From the IMG/VR virus record IMGVR_UViG_3300027963_000045: 57,608 nucleotides of DNA; one strand, 5' to 3'. The notes beneath the pieces were generated by a model, which searched no databases, had not been told where the DNA came from, and worked only from the letters and a program-made list of their open reading frames with translations. The stretch comes from an uncultured virus (IMG/VR IMGVR_UViG_3300027963_000045). Taxonomy: Duplodnaviria; Heunggongvirae; Uroviricota; Caudoviricetes. Made by a program: the position numbers and the translations under genes. Shown piece after piece: positions 12,001 through 19,030 of this stretch. The first letter of the stretch is position 1; the number at the start of each line of letters is the position of its first letter.

Positions 12001-12763
12001 CAACTGGGGCAAGTTCGGTTAGATTATAATAAAAATCTTGAGCGTTTTTTAGCGGAACATAAAATTCAACACTGCCAACATCCTCACCATTGTTAACAAC
12101 CCCATATACGTCGCGACTGCTGATATTAGGGGATTGCGGTAAGCGTCCATTTACACCAGGGGTACTTTGTATCCAAAAATTATGCCCAGATTGATTAACA
12201 TTGAATGTGTAATTACCACCACGGGCAAGCGTGATAATTGGATTATTGCCCGATGTACCAAAAAATTGATAAGCAGTTGGTGTACGAGTTACTGCAATAT
12301 CGTCGGTTAGCGGAATATCTGTGTTGCCCACATCAACTGAATCAGGTCCGGCAGGAAGCCAATAGTACTGGCTATAGTTGCTGAATTTGTCAAAGTCTAC
12401 AAATGGGTCCCAAGAGTAATATTCACTTTCCCACAAACGATCTTGGCGGGTCACATCTCCATCTTGCAATGCAAGGGCGTCAATAATACCTGGATAAGTG
12501 ATGGCATCAATTGCTTTAGCAGTGTCGGTTTTTAAAAATACAACGCCCGGTTCAAGTTGATAATCGTTACGAACTGCTGTTGGTTCTGTAATGTATTTGT
12601 CAGCTGGGTTGACTCCTGGGCCGACACGACGACCTACATAGCCTTGAGTGCGGCGAATGTTTGGCTCTTGTGTGAGTTGATCAAGAGTGGCCGACAAAAA
12701 TTTACGATTGGTATTGGTTCGAAAAATCTCTGGTAAGAGATCAATTGTTCTATTCAATGCCAT
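1..12763 (-). CDS. Giant baseplate wedge protein (gp7-like position), >4,250 aa, runs off the left edge of the window
   Basis: Absent from the ORF track, consistent with no stop codon in the window. ATG at 12763 (MALNRTIDLLPEIFRTNTNRKFLSATLDQLTQEP...) follows an AGGAG SD. The same frame is still open at positions 2-58 (GNTTAGVSDGWSIPITQYF). It lies directly downstream of gp6. Continuity was spot-checked, not read codon by codon. Confidence 0.8.
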   Translation of the reverse strand, partial: MALNRTIDLLPEIFRTNTNRKFLSATLDQLTQEPNIRRTQGYVGRRVGPGVNPADKYITEPTAVRNDYQLEPGVVFLKTDTAKAIDAITYPGIIDALALQDGDVTRQDRLWESEYYSWDPFVDFDKFSNYSQYYWLPAGPDSVDVGNTDIPLTDDIAVTRTPTAYQFFGTSGNNPIITLARGGNYTFNVNQSGHNFWIQSTPGVNGRLPQSPNISSRDVYGVVNNGEDVGSVEFYVPLKNAQDFYYNLTELAPVDLVTHLEFNQINNIYVSVFLEQFPNGIDGITALNGRSVIFTNRIFNAEEGGWQINTQFDPVPTAGTPGAIGTFDTTTFDQTTDITVQGQRYSVWRINYVYDTDGNPYMTLDSVLDVPNLSKFRIRYGTEYNSTYWYKNASGYYQQQPLLTAVQDTLYYQDSTNPEIFGEIRLIDPAQADPIIIDEIIGSKNYTSPNGVVFTNGLKIQFRGPTYPAKYQDLEYYVEGVGTGPGLATQVGFVNGQAYFGPFHEYQGQKMTGATHTGYFQQYIYDTVETSLINYGAGGPEGAPISTVSVAGADEGNGIKLIPVTDLVTPETYTKSELIPYSSLEYDVGGYDASINAPLIQDYITINRAATDRNAWSRSNRWFHIDVINYSAERNNIIPVIDNAQRAKRPIIEFRSNLKLWNYGTLSKRPINIIDFNQTDALSNVNGRIGYGIDGYTFLNGTLVIFAADIDPTVRNRIYEVRFIDPNDSGTLVIDLVPVENGEVLYDETVVSLNGATLQGKSFWFNGDQWISAQQKTGVNQAPLFDVYDLNGRSFGDRAVYPSTTFFGNKLFGYAVTDSSILDPVLGLALKYLTINNVGDIVFSNYLYDDTFIYVKDKTSTTVTVSDGFVRQYIDRVTFSNQIGWQPAAAENRSRQVFRFTYTNQPLVLDVPIDTASIYPPVQIFIEGVFVDPNNYTTVVNSNGTTTITFSITIANETIIEVQAISNIASSVAFYQVPINLENNALNNNSSQFTLGTIRTHYNTIGQNLKTIVGPINGANNTRDLGNIIPYGQNIVQHSAPLVLPGVFLRKQQYELFNALTYNSQEYTKYKALLLDVAGRNDFVNLTPTQILDASIEEITLGRNQLFPFYWSDMLPSNQTYTELVYTVSPISTAVFDTTQIYDFTSSNFFGLLVYQNGTILVKDYDYTVSSDSSTITILTTLSVGDVITIREYSTTYGSYVPNTPTKMGLYPAYKPEIFIDESYVTPTEVIQGHDGSITVAFGDFRDQVLLEFETRIFNNLKIQTPVPLVAEEVIPGQFRVTDYTLDEINSILKPDFLGWVGWNKLDYTAQNYQANNPFTYNYNQSGNKLDGAPLLGGWRGIYQYFYDTTTPNTTPWEMLGFSEEPTWWQDTYGPAPYTSGNLVLWQDLEAGYIADPENPRVDPLYIRPGLTNVIPSGSEGMLLAPLSSVVGNYDATSFRRSWAFGDDGPVENAWKTSSSWPFAVMRLLALTKPAKFFSLFVDRDRYVFDTGLDQYLWNNRYRLEAKNVTPLYGNDNSTASYINWIIDYNQQRGIDSSTGLTETLANLDIRLCWRLAAFSDKKFLKIYTERSTPSGSNTGLLLPDESYQLLLYQDPPFEKITYSSVIVQTTSDGWAVYGYASLASFFKILVSKPNGKKKIIAAGGSDVTVPSEYTNNIVRVPYGFVFTNRAAVCDFLLSYGKLLEENGTTFEGIENGYIMNWDQMAQEFLYWSNQGWTTGSIINLNPGATSIAVIRPGAVAESLYPPRLDNLILNQNKQTIQPSNLVFDRLDNTFKVSVTSSDTICFLNLRFTAYEHLVVLDNTSIFADLIYNPVTGARQSRVLVAGWLSGDWNGTVNAPGFVLNQDNIQEWQPNRKYTKGDIVLFKDQYWSASTIIKPSAMFDYNLWLKSDYAQVQKGLLPNASNSSDQLSTAYSTYNANLEEEVDIFSYGLIGFRPRQYMAALNLDDVSQVNLYQQFLGTKGTRRATNLFSLANLGKEVAEYNVYEYWAILRGIYGANANSSYYELLLNEPLLQSDPSLIQVVEPEQVSRADQTTLVNDIWKSSYKITSPNILPTTTEARVSDKSFPSAGYVNLNDVDITVFDLSDPANITNVLDNVGIGTTVWVARVNTYNWNVYRTSKVAGAITQVSDNLETQSIVTFNQAHGLSVGSILIIKNFDSNINGVYTVLDVPSIYSVTINYTFSGFVTSVEGDGLGLTLISTRVAQPSDIASLSFAQQLTPGVKVWVDSNAENLWSVLEKTEPFVLDTTLDAQIPVAGSHFGQSVAQGFWNLSAMIGAPGYNPNSLETEPGGIYTYVRNDQDVYEQNSILELKATNAAGYGNQIDIGDQSWGLAGASNSNSAQGYATTIYVSPGSNVYEQRQLLVAPDGDYSAIEFGYSVTTSQNERWMFVSAPAGNKVYAYTRVDVAQQSVEYITTGTSQLFNWSDYISIDYNQPEQLSVVLDNTILNYPGDYSISSSTLSLIDLPTAGQRLVISRKSGVQLDQQRYYNVVPDSETGSGSGATFTVNRVRGDYTAVVQTGGADYAVGDTVTFYGTTIGGGTNPANNFTVTVAEVDSNGAIIDLKDPTGSGVSNTYLFQLDQYLATAINLWSFTVRVNDQLYRPDIDYTFDDVTKELEFLTVPGPGAVILVDSLSYFDYVATLDIPGPGDSSTVDSRFGQSISCNTTGSQIMIGAPNLDENEPGEAYIFDRSIQRIIVTDATQTDYYPVQDMIDPGFISVTLNGEFLVNAELNVNGTFAVDTSNPSSQFVTITAPLAVGDVIEIETNQFTLLEQLASDVPSNASKFGWKLDQCINDCSLYISSPYDSTIVSEGGKVEVWRNQARVYGTISSTIANPTLTPGEYIRINNEFVECTGTTIEDLFGDIAAAKIPNVTATLTPDLVFEGDGTSKILDVGDIYSSVASYTPVVYVDDVLQTLGVDYTYNNTAQQISFVVAPFNTAKIVVVSGRITINVTNYDAAQRFNKLTVLPGTGTLFDDIGFDTYVWQQTIIPPIAQVKAHFGEGLFISDDVVTLMVGAPNGSMISPTTFDGGETYFDARSTNFYGSSNQSGVVYEYDALSSSGATVENPVKFVFGQQFVNDTINSLDEFGRSIDYTTGVLLIGAPGSDLGDSSANTGKVLQYHNPNLSPAWIPIHIQQPVVDIDLLNTIYMYDRVTGKPRQYFDFFDPLQGRLLGAVQQNINYIGAVDPAAYNTGTLNNYGSRWAQERVGQIWWDTSNVRFIDPHQNDIVYASRRWGQIFPGSTIDVYQWVVSSLPPSEYTGEGTPRSLDNYVVTSSINLQGFLETQYYFWVSGIPTVDRTAGKTLSTTIIARYIESPKSSGISYVAPINASTVAIYNGVPYISAQDTILYIGYDREANDDNVHVEYQLVAQGRASAFLTDTLYKKMLDSLSGATTSGFAVPDPFLQISERYGVEFRPRQSMVANRFLALKNYLGRANTVLAQYPISEIRKFNLLNSSEPQPASSSGAWDKRVVNIEELSYQNLDEVDVGYTYLVDSDSTNNGFWTIYEVEFNNLTGKNYVRLIRVQNYDTKLYWNYINWYSPGYNPLSRILIEVPNVSSLDTITVPNGSSIKITANAQGKWEIYLRENNAWTRVALQDGTISFSTSLWDYSVGRFGFDSEVFDAQYFDQAPTIETRKIIQAINEELFVDDLLIERNNLLMLLFNYIMSEQEAPDWLTKTSLIDVDHVIRDLVPYQIYRRDNQDFVLNYIQEVKPYHVQIREFNLKYQGLDTFNGTLTDFDLPAYWDSAQDLFISPVLDNTGTLSTTSSLPSTSPVWTTFPWNQWYQNYLLSLDGVTIIDGGSGYSTPPEVTVTGDCIRQAVVTATINSAGQVNSIVVVDPGEGYSTTATITFTGGNGSGAVAVAVLGNAKVRNLLTVIRYDRYQYTSDVSIWESDTTYPSGSLVRYDDRVWEANTEVQTAEFDPSNWTLVPAGDLSGVNRTWGYYVPTPNQPGLDLALLMTGIDYPGVQVMAPSFAQDTGFDVGGFDITPFDNISYAPDGTPTYDPAILDAIYSSEFTDPYLGILPAPAYDGAPPTTGPANAISVNGGAFVDTYESHAPEELVPGITYDTLDMRVFTTPGSDWEGNGHGFPIATRNFVMGDGNMSFAGALDYPVVVQVYNQTQGLELDVGVDFTVDWVNYTISVTQHAVAGNVISVNVYALGGGNQMYTNTYIGSVVEDTIVIPIETSLINSFAIFVNGVQNTDYTYDAVGSGNTVITFGTVFTSNDRITLTALGNTTAGVSDGWSIPITQYF

Positions 12764-12786
12764 TAATTACTCCTGATATATTTTAT

Positions 12787-15700
12787 TTACGTCAATGGTG
12801 TAGTCCCAGTCTGACCAATGGTGCTACCTGGAGCTCCAATTGTGGTCACTGGGTATAGTCCGGACACTGATGTCTGACTTCTAATATTACTTTGTGTAAG
12901 TGCATCAATTACTTGAATATCAGCCACTGTGGCTGCGCTTACAAATATTTCATTAGGTGCCGATCGTATTTCGTACAAGTCACCAAAACTCTTTAATGGG
13001 TTTAACGGCACCAACACGACAGAGCTAATATAAGTTCCTAGTTCTAGGTGCAAGTATGCTGCCAATTCAGAGAAGAAAAAGTTATCGCCAAAATCCCACT
13101 TGTCAAGCGTGAAGTATTCGTTGATTTTTGCAATCACAGTGCTCTTGATTTCGCTGTCGCTTGCAACTGTGTTAAGAGCACGTACAACTTTGATAATGCC
13201 TTGTAGTTGCGACGGTGCTTTGGCGCCAAACAATGGTTTAAATGTAACAGAGTTCAACACAATGTTGTCTGATACCATTTTAAAATCGTCTAGCCCAGAA
13301 TATGCAGTTGACAATTCATCAATGTCTGGTGGTGCTGGTTCAGGAACTGTGCCAGAGGTGTCCTTGATGTAATTTTGATATGCAGTATAATATTGATTGG
13401 TTACAAGATAAATGTCGATAATATTCGTTGTGCCTGGATCAATAACATTGGTCAACGGACTATTGTGACGATATTGGAATCCTAGGTTGCCTCGGCCAGT
13501 GCGAGCAATGTAACCTGCTACTGGAGATATTGTGCGTTGCTGGATGCCGTTGATAAATGACACCGTTAGTTTGTAAAACAAATCTGTGGATGTTGCGTAA
13601 AATACTTGTCCATCAATATACTGAGCCTTGACAAGCTCTATGTCATTGAGAGTAGCATATGAGCTGTTGATTACCCCTGGAGTAATAGGCAAGTAACGCT
13701 CTAAATTATCATAGTCCACAGTCTGTTGGAAAAATACTAATTTAGTTGTTGGATCTACCGATGGGGCAACCAGTGTATTAAAAAAATCTGGGTCATCAGC
13801 AACACCGTCAGCATCACTGTCAATATAGCTCACAACAACTTCATAGTCATTTACATAACCATCGCTTTGAATTGGTTGCCCAATGATGTCCATTGTAACG
13901 TCTGATGGAAGAGGTAAATTGGTATCTGGTCGGCTGTTTGTTTTTAATACTCGAACAAAGTCGGTGATGACCACACCTGTTTGACTATCATACACTTGTC
14001 CGCTGCCATCATAGAAAAATCGTGTTTGTAATACGCTGGCAAAATTGTAATCTAATCCACGACTTGTTATGGTATAGCCTTGTCCGTCTGTAATAAACTC
14101 AACTAACCAGCTTGCATCAAGGTTGAGTCCAGAGGTGTTTTGTGCATAAGCACGACTAAATGGTGCATCTGATGCAAGATTTGTGCTGGTAATCAAGTAC
14201 CACTCACTGGTTAGGTTGTTAAAGCCAATACCAAAGTTGCGGAATAATTCAATTTGTTGAATCATGCTTTGTTGCAAGCTCAGTGGAATATCATTGACAA
14301 ATTTAGGAATGACAACATCGGCTAGGGCGCCGGTGGGGACAAATGTGTTTAATGTAACTGGCCCAATACCGTCTGGCAAGTTGCCAAGTCCTTGCGCTGT
14401 CCCGTCAAGTACCACTGCCGACACAGTTGCCCAAATAACTGTTTTTTCGTCTGCACGAGTGGGTGTACCTGATTTAAGACGATTGTTTCCGTCAAAGAAG
14501 TATCCGCTTGGCGAAATAAATTTTACTAAACTTCCCAGTGTAATATACTTGGCATTGTTAGTAGCATACGGTCCGATTGGTAAGGGGTTTGACGCACGAG
14601 TTTGATAAAAATAACCAGTTGTTTCATTTACCAGACTGGTTGTTTGACTCCAGCCGGCATTTAACACTGTTAGTGGGGGGCGCGGAAACTGTTCGTAGTA
14701 GAATTGCAACATACTACGGCTATCAATCAAAGGTTCAACTGTGTTATTAATAACGTCAACAATATCATTGCGATTGACCCAGTCAAATTCAATGGTAGGC
14801 AAAACATACTCGCGATAGATCATACCATCACTTGCATATATGTTTGTGCTTGAATATTTTCCAGTGACATCTGTTAGATCAAGATAGCGACTTGCGCCAA
14901 CAGCTGATCGTGCAACTGCTTTGCTTTTGAGAATTGAGTTATATGCTGTAAACGGAAAGTTGTTGTAGTCTTCTCCGTTGACCATGCGGTTTTGTGTGTA
15001 ATAACGAGCTGGTGCTCGTTGTTTAATTTCTGCCAGGCTTTCACGAGCTTGTGCATTTGTTACCGGTGTGGTAATTCCGCATGTAAATGTTATGGTCTCT
15101 AAACGTCCGGTTCGACTGATATAACTCACTGGCACAGTGATGTTTTGCATTTCAACAGGATTAATAATGTATTCTAATCCGTTGCTTGAACGAACATACA
15201 CACGGAATGTGCCAACTGGTACGCTTGAGAATACACCATCACCAAATGTCAGTGTAATTTGATCATTTAAACGACTAGTGATAGAATACAATGTTCTTTG
15301 ATCTGGCGCCAATTGTTCAACAGCGCCGGCAAAAATATTTTTAACAAAGACCCACTCACTGGCAATGTTTCCAAGATCATCTAGTTTGTAAAGCCAGTGA
15401 TCGTTTTCATTACATCCTTCGATGTTTATATTCACTGTTCGATTAGGGATAGCCTCTGCCAAGTTAAAGTCTTGGTTTTGTAACACGCCTTGTTTGAACA
15501 AAAAGAAAAAGCCAGTATCATCGCTACCGTACCCTAGACTATCGGAACGATACAAAATATTGAAAGCGCCGTTGGGTTGCGGACTTGGTTCGTATACATA
15601 GTCTTTGCCAAGGCTAGTTGAACTTACTACTTCAAACGGCATGTTAACACCGTCTACGATTGAAGTATATGGTATAACTGGCAAATAGCCAGGAATTAAA

Positions 15701-16269
15701 TTAATTGTGTATTCACTAGTATCTACGCCTAGAATGCTCTGGCGATTACCGGGGCGTCCAAATTTTTGACTGTCAACCAAGGAAGCATTTACAATGGTAG
15801 TAAATTGCTCTAACCAATTAGGATTTGTTGGATCGTTCCAGTCAATTGTAACATTGGCTAAATTGATGCCGTTGTAATCAGTGACACTTTCAGTGGTGCT
15901 TACAGATACAACTTTTAAGTATCCTTGAGCTTCGGTATTGCGCTTTGGTGTATAACTTACCAAGTTGGCCAAGCGAACAACTGAATCTCGACGTTCGGCT
16001 GTGTCAAGGAAGTTTTCACGAGTGTTTAAATCATTACGGAACGCAAGTGCTTGACCCATGAACGCCATGACGTCAAGCAAAGCAATGAACTCACTGCTTT
16101 CGATGTAGTCATTGAATGTTTCTGGATAATAAAGACGAAGGTAGTCAACAAAACTCTTGCGAAGGGTCTCAAAGTCGTAGCTTTGGAAGTCAGCCTCGCG
16201 GTAGGTCTGGTACAGCCTCTTCCAGTCCTCTACACCAAATATTGCTGTTTGTCGTGTGCTTTTAGCCAT
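12787..16269 (-). CDS. gp6: Baseplate wedge subunit, gp6-like (1160 aa, enlarged)
   Basis: N-terminal DF(Q)SYDFETLRKSFVDYLR...FNDYIESSEFIALLD...E.FLDTAERRDSVVRLA..V.Y.PKR and FGDG / ES..EIK.RAP..Y.TQNRMV..EDY motifs typical of T4 gp6/baseplate J; adjacent to gp25. Confidence 0.9.
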   Translation of the reverse strand: MAKSTRQTAIFGVEDWKRLYQTYREADFQSYDFETLRKSFVDYLRLYYPETFNDYIESSEFIALLDVMAFMGQALAFRNDLNTRENFLDTAERRDSVVRLANLVSYTPKRNTEAQGYLKVVSVSTTESVTDYNGINLANVTIDWNDPTNPNWLEQFTTIVNASLVDSQKFGRPGNRQSILGVDTSEYTINLIPGYLPVIPYTSIVDGVNMPFEVVSSTSLGKDYVYEPSPQPNGAFNILYRSDSLGYGSDDTGFFFLFKQGVLQNQDFNLAEAIPNRTVNINIEGCNENDHWLYKLDDLGNIASEWVFVKNIFAGAVEQLAPDQRTLYSITSRLNDQITLTFGDGVFSSVPVGTFRVYVRSSNGLEYIINPVEMQNITVPVSYISRTGRLETITFTCGITTPVTNAQARESLAEIKQRAPARYYTQNRMVNGEDYNNFPFTAYNSILKSKAVARSAVGASRYLDLTDVTGKYSSTNIYASDGMIYREYVLPTIEFDWVNRNDIVDVINNTVEPLIDSRSMLQFYYEQFPRPPLTVLNAGWSQTTSLVNETTGYFYQTRASNPLPIGPYATNNAKYITLGSLVKFISPSGYFFDGNNRLKSGTPTRADEKTVIWATVSAVVLDGTAQGLGNLPDGIGPVTLNTFVPTGALADVVIPKFVNDIPLSLQQSMIQQIELFRNFGIGFNNLTSEWYLITSTNLASDAPFSRAYAQNTSGLNLDASWLVEFITDGQGYTITSRGLDYNFASVLQTRFFYDGSGQVYDSQTGVVITDFVRVLKTNSRPDTNLPLPSDVTMDIIGQPIQSDGYVNDYEVVVSYIDSDADGVADDPDFFNTLVAPSVDPTTKLVFFQQTVDYDNLERYLPITPGVINSSYATLNDIELVKAQYIDGQVFYATSTDLFYKLTVSFINGIQQRTISPVAGYIARTGRGNLGFQYRHNSPLTNVIDPGTTNIIDIYLVTNQYYTAYQNYIKDTSGTVPEPAPPDIDELSTAYSGLDDFKMVSDNIVLNSVTFKPLFGAKAPSQLQGIIKVVRALNTVASDSEIKSTVIAKINEYFTLDKWDFGDNFFFSELAAYLHLELGTYISSVVLVPLNPLKSFGDLYEIRSAPNEIFVSAATVADIQVIDALTQSNIRSQTSVSGLYPVTTIGAPGSTIGQTGTTPLT

Positions 16270-16316
16270 AATATCTCACTGTTAGAGTATTTATGGCTGT
16301 AATAAAGTGTGTAGTT

Positions 16317-16691
16317 TTAGATGTAGCTGGCTCGGCGAGTTTCTTGATTAAAAAAGATAGCCAAGCGCTCGGCATTGCTACTAGCAACCACTTGTACCTG
16401 TACTTCAATTAGAACACCGTTGTCTTGTGGGTATACCTGTACGTCTGATATGTAAATTCTAGGGTCGCCGCCAGCAACACGCTGTATTTCAGCTAGAATT
16501 GCAGCCATGGTTTCTGGCGTTTGATTGTCAAATACATAGTTCCAAATCAAAGTTCCGTACGATGGGCGGCCAGGCAGTTCGCCTTGTTGAATGTTTAATG
16601 CATTGGAAAAATCTCTTTTGATTAATTCAAAATCAGTAAGAGTAAACTTTTTGTTTTGGCCAATTGTACTGAATCCAATAAATGTAGACAT
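16317..16691 (-). CDS. gp25: Baseplate wedge / sheath initiator, gp25-like
   Basis: 124 aa with GE...RP.YG..IW.YVFD and DPRI motifs of GPW/gp25; lies between gp5 and gp6. Confidence 0.9.
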   Translation of the reverse strand: MSTFIGFSTIGQNKKFTLTDFELIKRDFSNALNIQQGELPGRPSYGTLIWNYVFDNQTPETMAAILAEIQRVAGGDPRIYISDVQVYPQDNGVLIEVQVQVVASSNAERLAIFFNQETRRASYI

Positions 16692-16702
16692 GTTGATATT
16701 TA

Positions 16703-19015
16703 TTATGCTGTGTCAGTGCGATCTGCTGGTTTAAACTCTGGTGCAGGTATTTTTGAGTCGTTTAAAGAACTCACCACTGCGGCATCAATTGCTGATCGAT
16801 TAACTGTATTAGAAGCGGCCTCGGCTTTGCTGCCGCCAAGCCCCAGTTGATTGCCAACGTTGGTTATAAAACTTGTGCTGAATTGCGCACTTTTTGCTAG
16901 ATTATCAATAGACGTTTTTAGTGCAGGGGGTGCAACACCCTTGGTCCAACTAGATACTGCCCCAACACCAAACTTGGTTGCGCTTTGTACCAATGCACCA
17001 AGCTGATTTACGTTGCCAATACCAGTAGTTATTCCGGCCGATTGCATGCCTTTTAGCGTGGTACTCATTAACACTTGCTGAGTAGATACCTGTAGTTTTT
17101 CATTGCTTAATAGTGACCCTAGGCCAGTCACTCCACCTTTACCGGTCCACAGCGTTGGGGATGCCAGGGCTGCTTGAATATTTTTGTTTTTTAAGTATTC
17201 TTGTGGAGTTATGCCGGCTGCGGTTGCTGCCGCAATATCTGCTGAGGTGGGTGTTCCTACTGCTTTTGCTGAAAGGCTTTTTACTGTTCCTGGTTTTAAA
17301 AATCCCGATGACTCAAGTTGCTCGGGTTTAAAACCAAATTGCCCGATTCCTTTGCTTGGACTCACCGCGTTGGCTGCTTGCCCTGTTGCTGTCTTGGCCT
17401 GTGCTAACAACCCAGTGACCTGTGCTTGATTTAAATCGCCAACTGGAGCTGTTGCAACCGGTGTACTCAATACATCGGCTGCATCAATTTGATTAGTCAC
17501 CGGAGTTGATGCGGTGCCTGCCAGCGCACGTTCTACTCCTGGATTTGGTGTTGCGGTACTGCCGCCGCCTTCGGACAAGCTTACTTCTACAGGGACACCT
17601 TTGTTATGATATGGGTAAGGTTCGTGCGTTGGAGCTCGTTGCACAATGGTTTTTAAGGTCCCCGGAGTCACTTGCCAGCCTTTACTGCCTTCAAATTTAG
17701 TGTCATCAAGGGAATACTCTGTTATTGGTTTTGGGGGTTGGATGGTTTCCGGAGCCGAGCCACTGTTTAAATTGATCTTGCTTGCTTTGAAATTTAACTC
17801 ACCCGATGCTTTCCATCCACCCTCTGCACTGTTTACCACCACACTACCATCACTAAGCACACCAACTTTTGTTTTGCTGTACATTGTGAGATCGCCAGCA
17901 CTGTTGACTTTGAATGTTTCCTGTGTTTCAAACTGCATGTTTTTTGCTTTGACGTTGAAGTTTTCCCCGGCATTGATATTAATATCTTTGTCTGCATGCA
18001 AGTTTATGGTGCCTTGACTGCGAACGTTTACAGAGTTTGTGCTGTAAACATCGACCGTTCCTTCACTGCCTAATTCAATCCAGGTTTGACCATTGGCTGC
18101 AATAATATACAAGCAATCAGCTTCGTCACTCATTGTGATTTGATGACCTTTGGCTGTGCGAATACGTATTAAATTATCTCGCCCTTGAAGGTCTCCATCG
18201 TCCATGACAAAGCTGTGACCACCACGACGTCCTTCAACTTGCACGTCTGAAACTTTGATTGCTCCCGAGTTAAGTTTTGCTTTGATATCTTTTTCAGTTA
18301 GGCCGCCTTTGTAAATTGCACGACCAGGTGTGCTCATTCCAAACACTGCACTGGGACTTTCTCGTTGACTGCTGGAGCTGATAGGTCCTCGAATATAGTC
18401 CGACAACAAACCTTGGTTGGCTAAAATTGCAAACAAATAGCTGTGTACAGGCTTTGTTTCTGCCCAAAATTTAGGATTGTCATTGATATTTTTATTTTCA
18501 ACATTGATCTCAACAACAGGCAATTGTTTGGAATTGGCTGCGGTTGTTAGATTTTCTTGTTCGGCATTTTGAGTTTTAAATTTTGGTGTGGCGCCAATGG
18601 CAGGAATCATGTGATTCACTCCCGGCTCAGGAACACAACCAATATAATAACCTTGATTTGGATCACCGGCAACAAAGAAACAAATTACCCGAACATCAAC
18701 GTCGGGTGGGGTAAACCACATTCCGTAACTTTGTTGGTTGCCTTTGTAACTACCAGTTCCTGCACTTGATGACGCGGCATTGAGCGGGGTCACTCCATAG
18801 AATGGAGGGATGTAACTTACTGTTCTCCACAGGCTTTTGTCGTTTTCATCTGATCCACCAAACTGTTCTATATAAACTTGCAAACGCCCAGAACGTGTTG
18901 GGTCAACGTTATTTTTAACCACACCAATATAAGGACCAAACTCAGTGGGCATGCCACCGCGGTCAAATTTATACGAACTACTTCGTCCTTTACTTCTCTG
19001 TATATTCTCTGCCAT
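16703..19015 (-). CDS. gp5: Baseplate hub / central spike, gp5-like, with an extra C-terminal domain
   Basis: N-terminal OB-fold motif GVVKNNVDPTRSGRLQV, then GHSFVMDD / GHQITMSD and beta-helix repeats of gp5/VgrG. Confidence 0.85.
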   Translation of the reverse strand: MAENIQRSKGRSSSYKFDRGGMPTEFGPYIGVVKNNVDPTRSGRLQVYIEQFGGSDENDKSLWRTVSYIPPFYGVTPLNAASSSAGTGSYKGNQQSYGMWFTPPDVDVRVICFFVAGDPNQGYYIGCVPEPGVNHMIPAIGATPKFKTQNAEQENLTTAANSKQLPVVEINVENKNINDNPKFWAETKPVHSYLFAILANQGLLSDYIRGPISSSSQRESPSAVFGMSTPGRAIYKGGLTEKDIKAKLNSGAIKVSDVQVEGRRGGHSFVMDDGDLQGRDNLIRIRTAKGHQITMSDEADCLYIIAANGQTWIELGSEGTVDVYSTNSVNVRSQGTINLHADKDININAGENFNVKAKNMQFETQETFKVNSAGDLTMYSKTKVGVLSDGSVVVNSAEGGWKASGELNFKASKINLNSGSAPETIQPPKPITEYSLDDTKFEGSKGWQVTPGTLKTIVQRAPTHEPYPYHNKGVPVEVSLSEGGGSTATPNPGVERALAGTASTPVTNQIDAADVLSTPVATAPVGDLNQAQVTGLLAQAKTATGQAANAVSPSKGIGQFGFKPEQLESSGFLKPGTVKSLSAKAVGTPTSADIAAATAAGITPQEYLKNKNIQAALASPTLWTGKGGVTGLGSLLSNEKLQVSTQQVLMSTTLKGMQSAGITTGIGNVNQLGALVQSATKFGVGAVSSWTKGVAPPALKTSIDNLAKSAQFSTSFITNVGNQLGLGGSKAEAASNTVNRSAIDAAVVSSLNDSKIPAPEFKPADRTDTA

Positions 19016-19030
19016 GCCTAAATCTCACTG

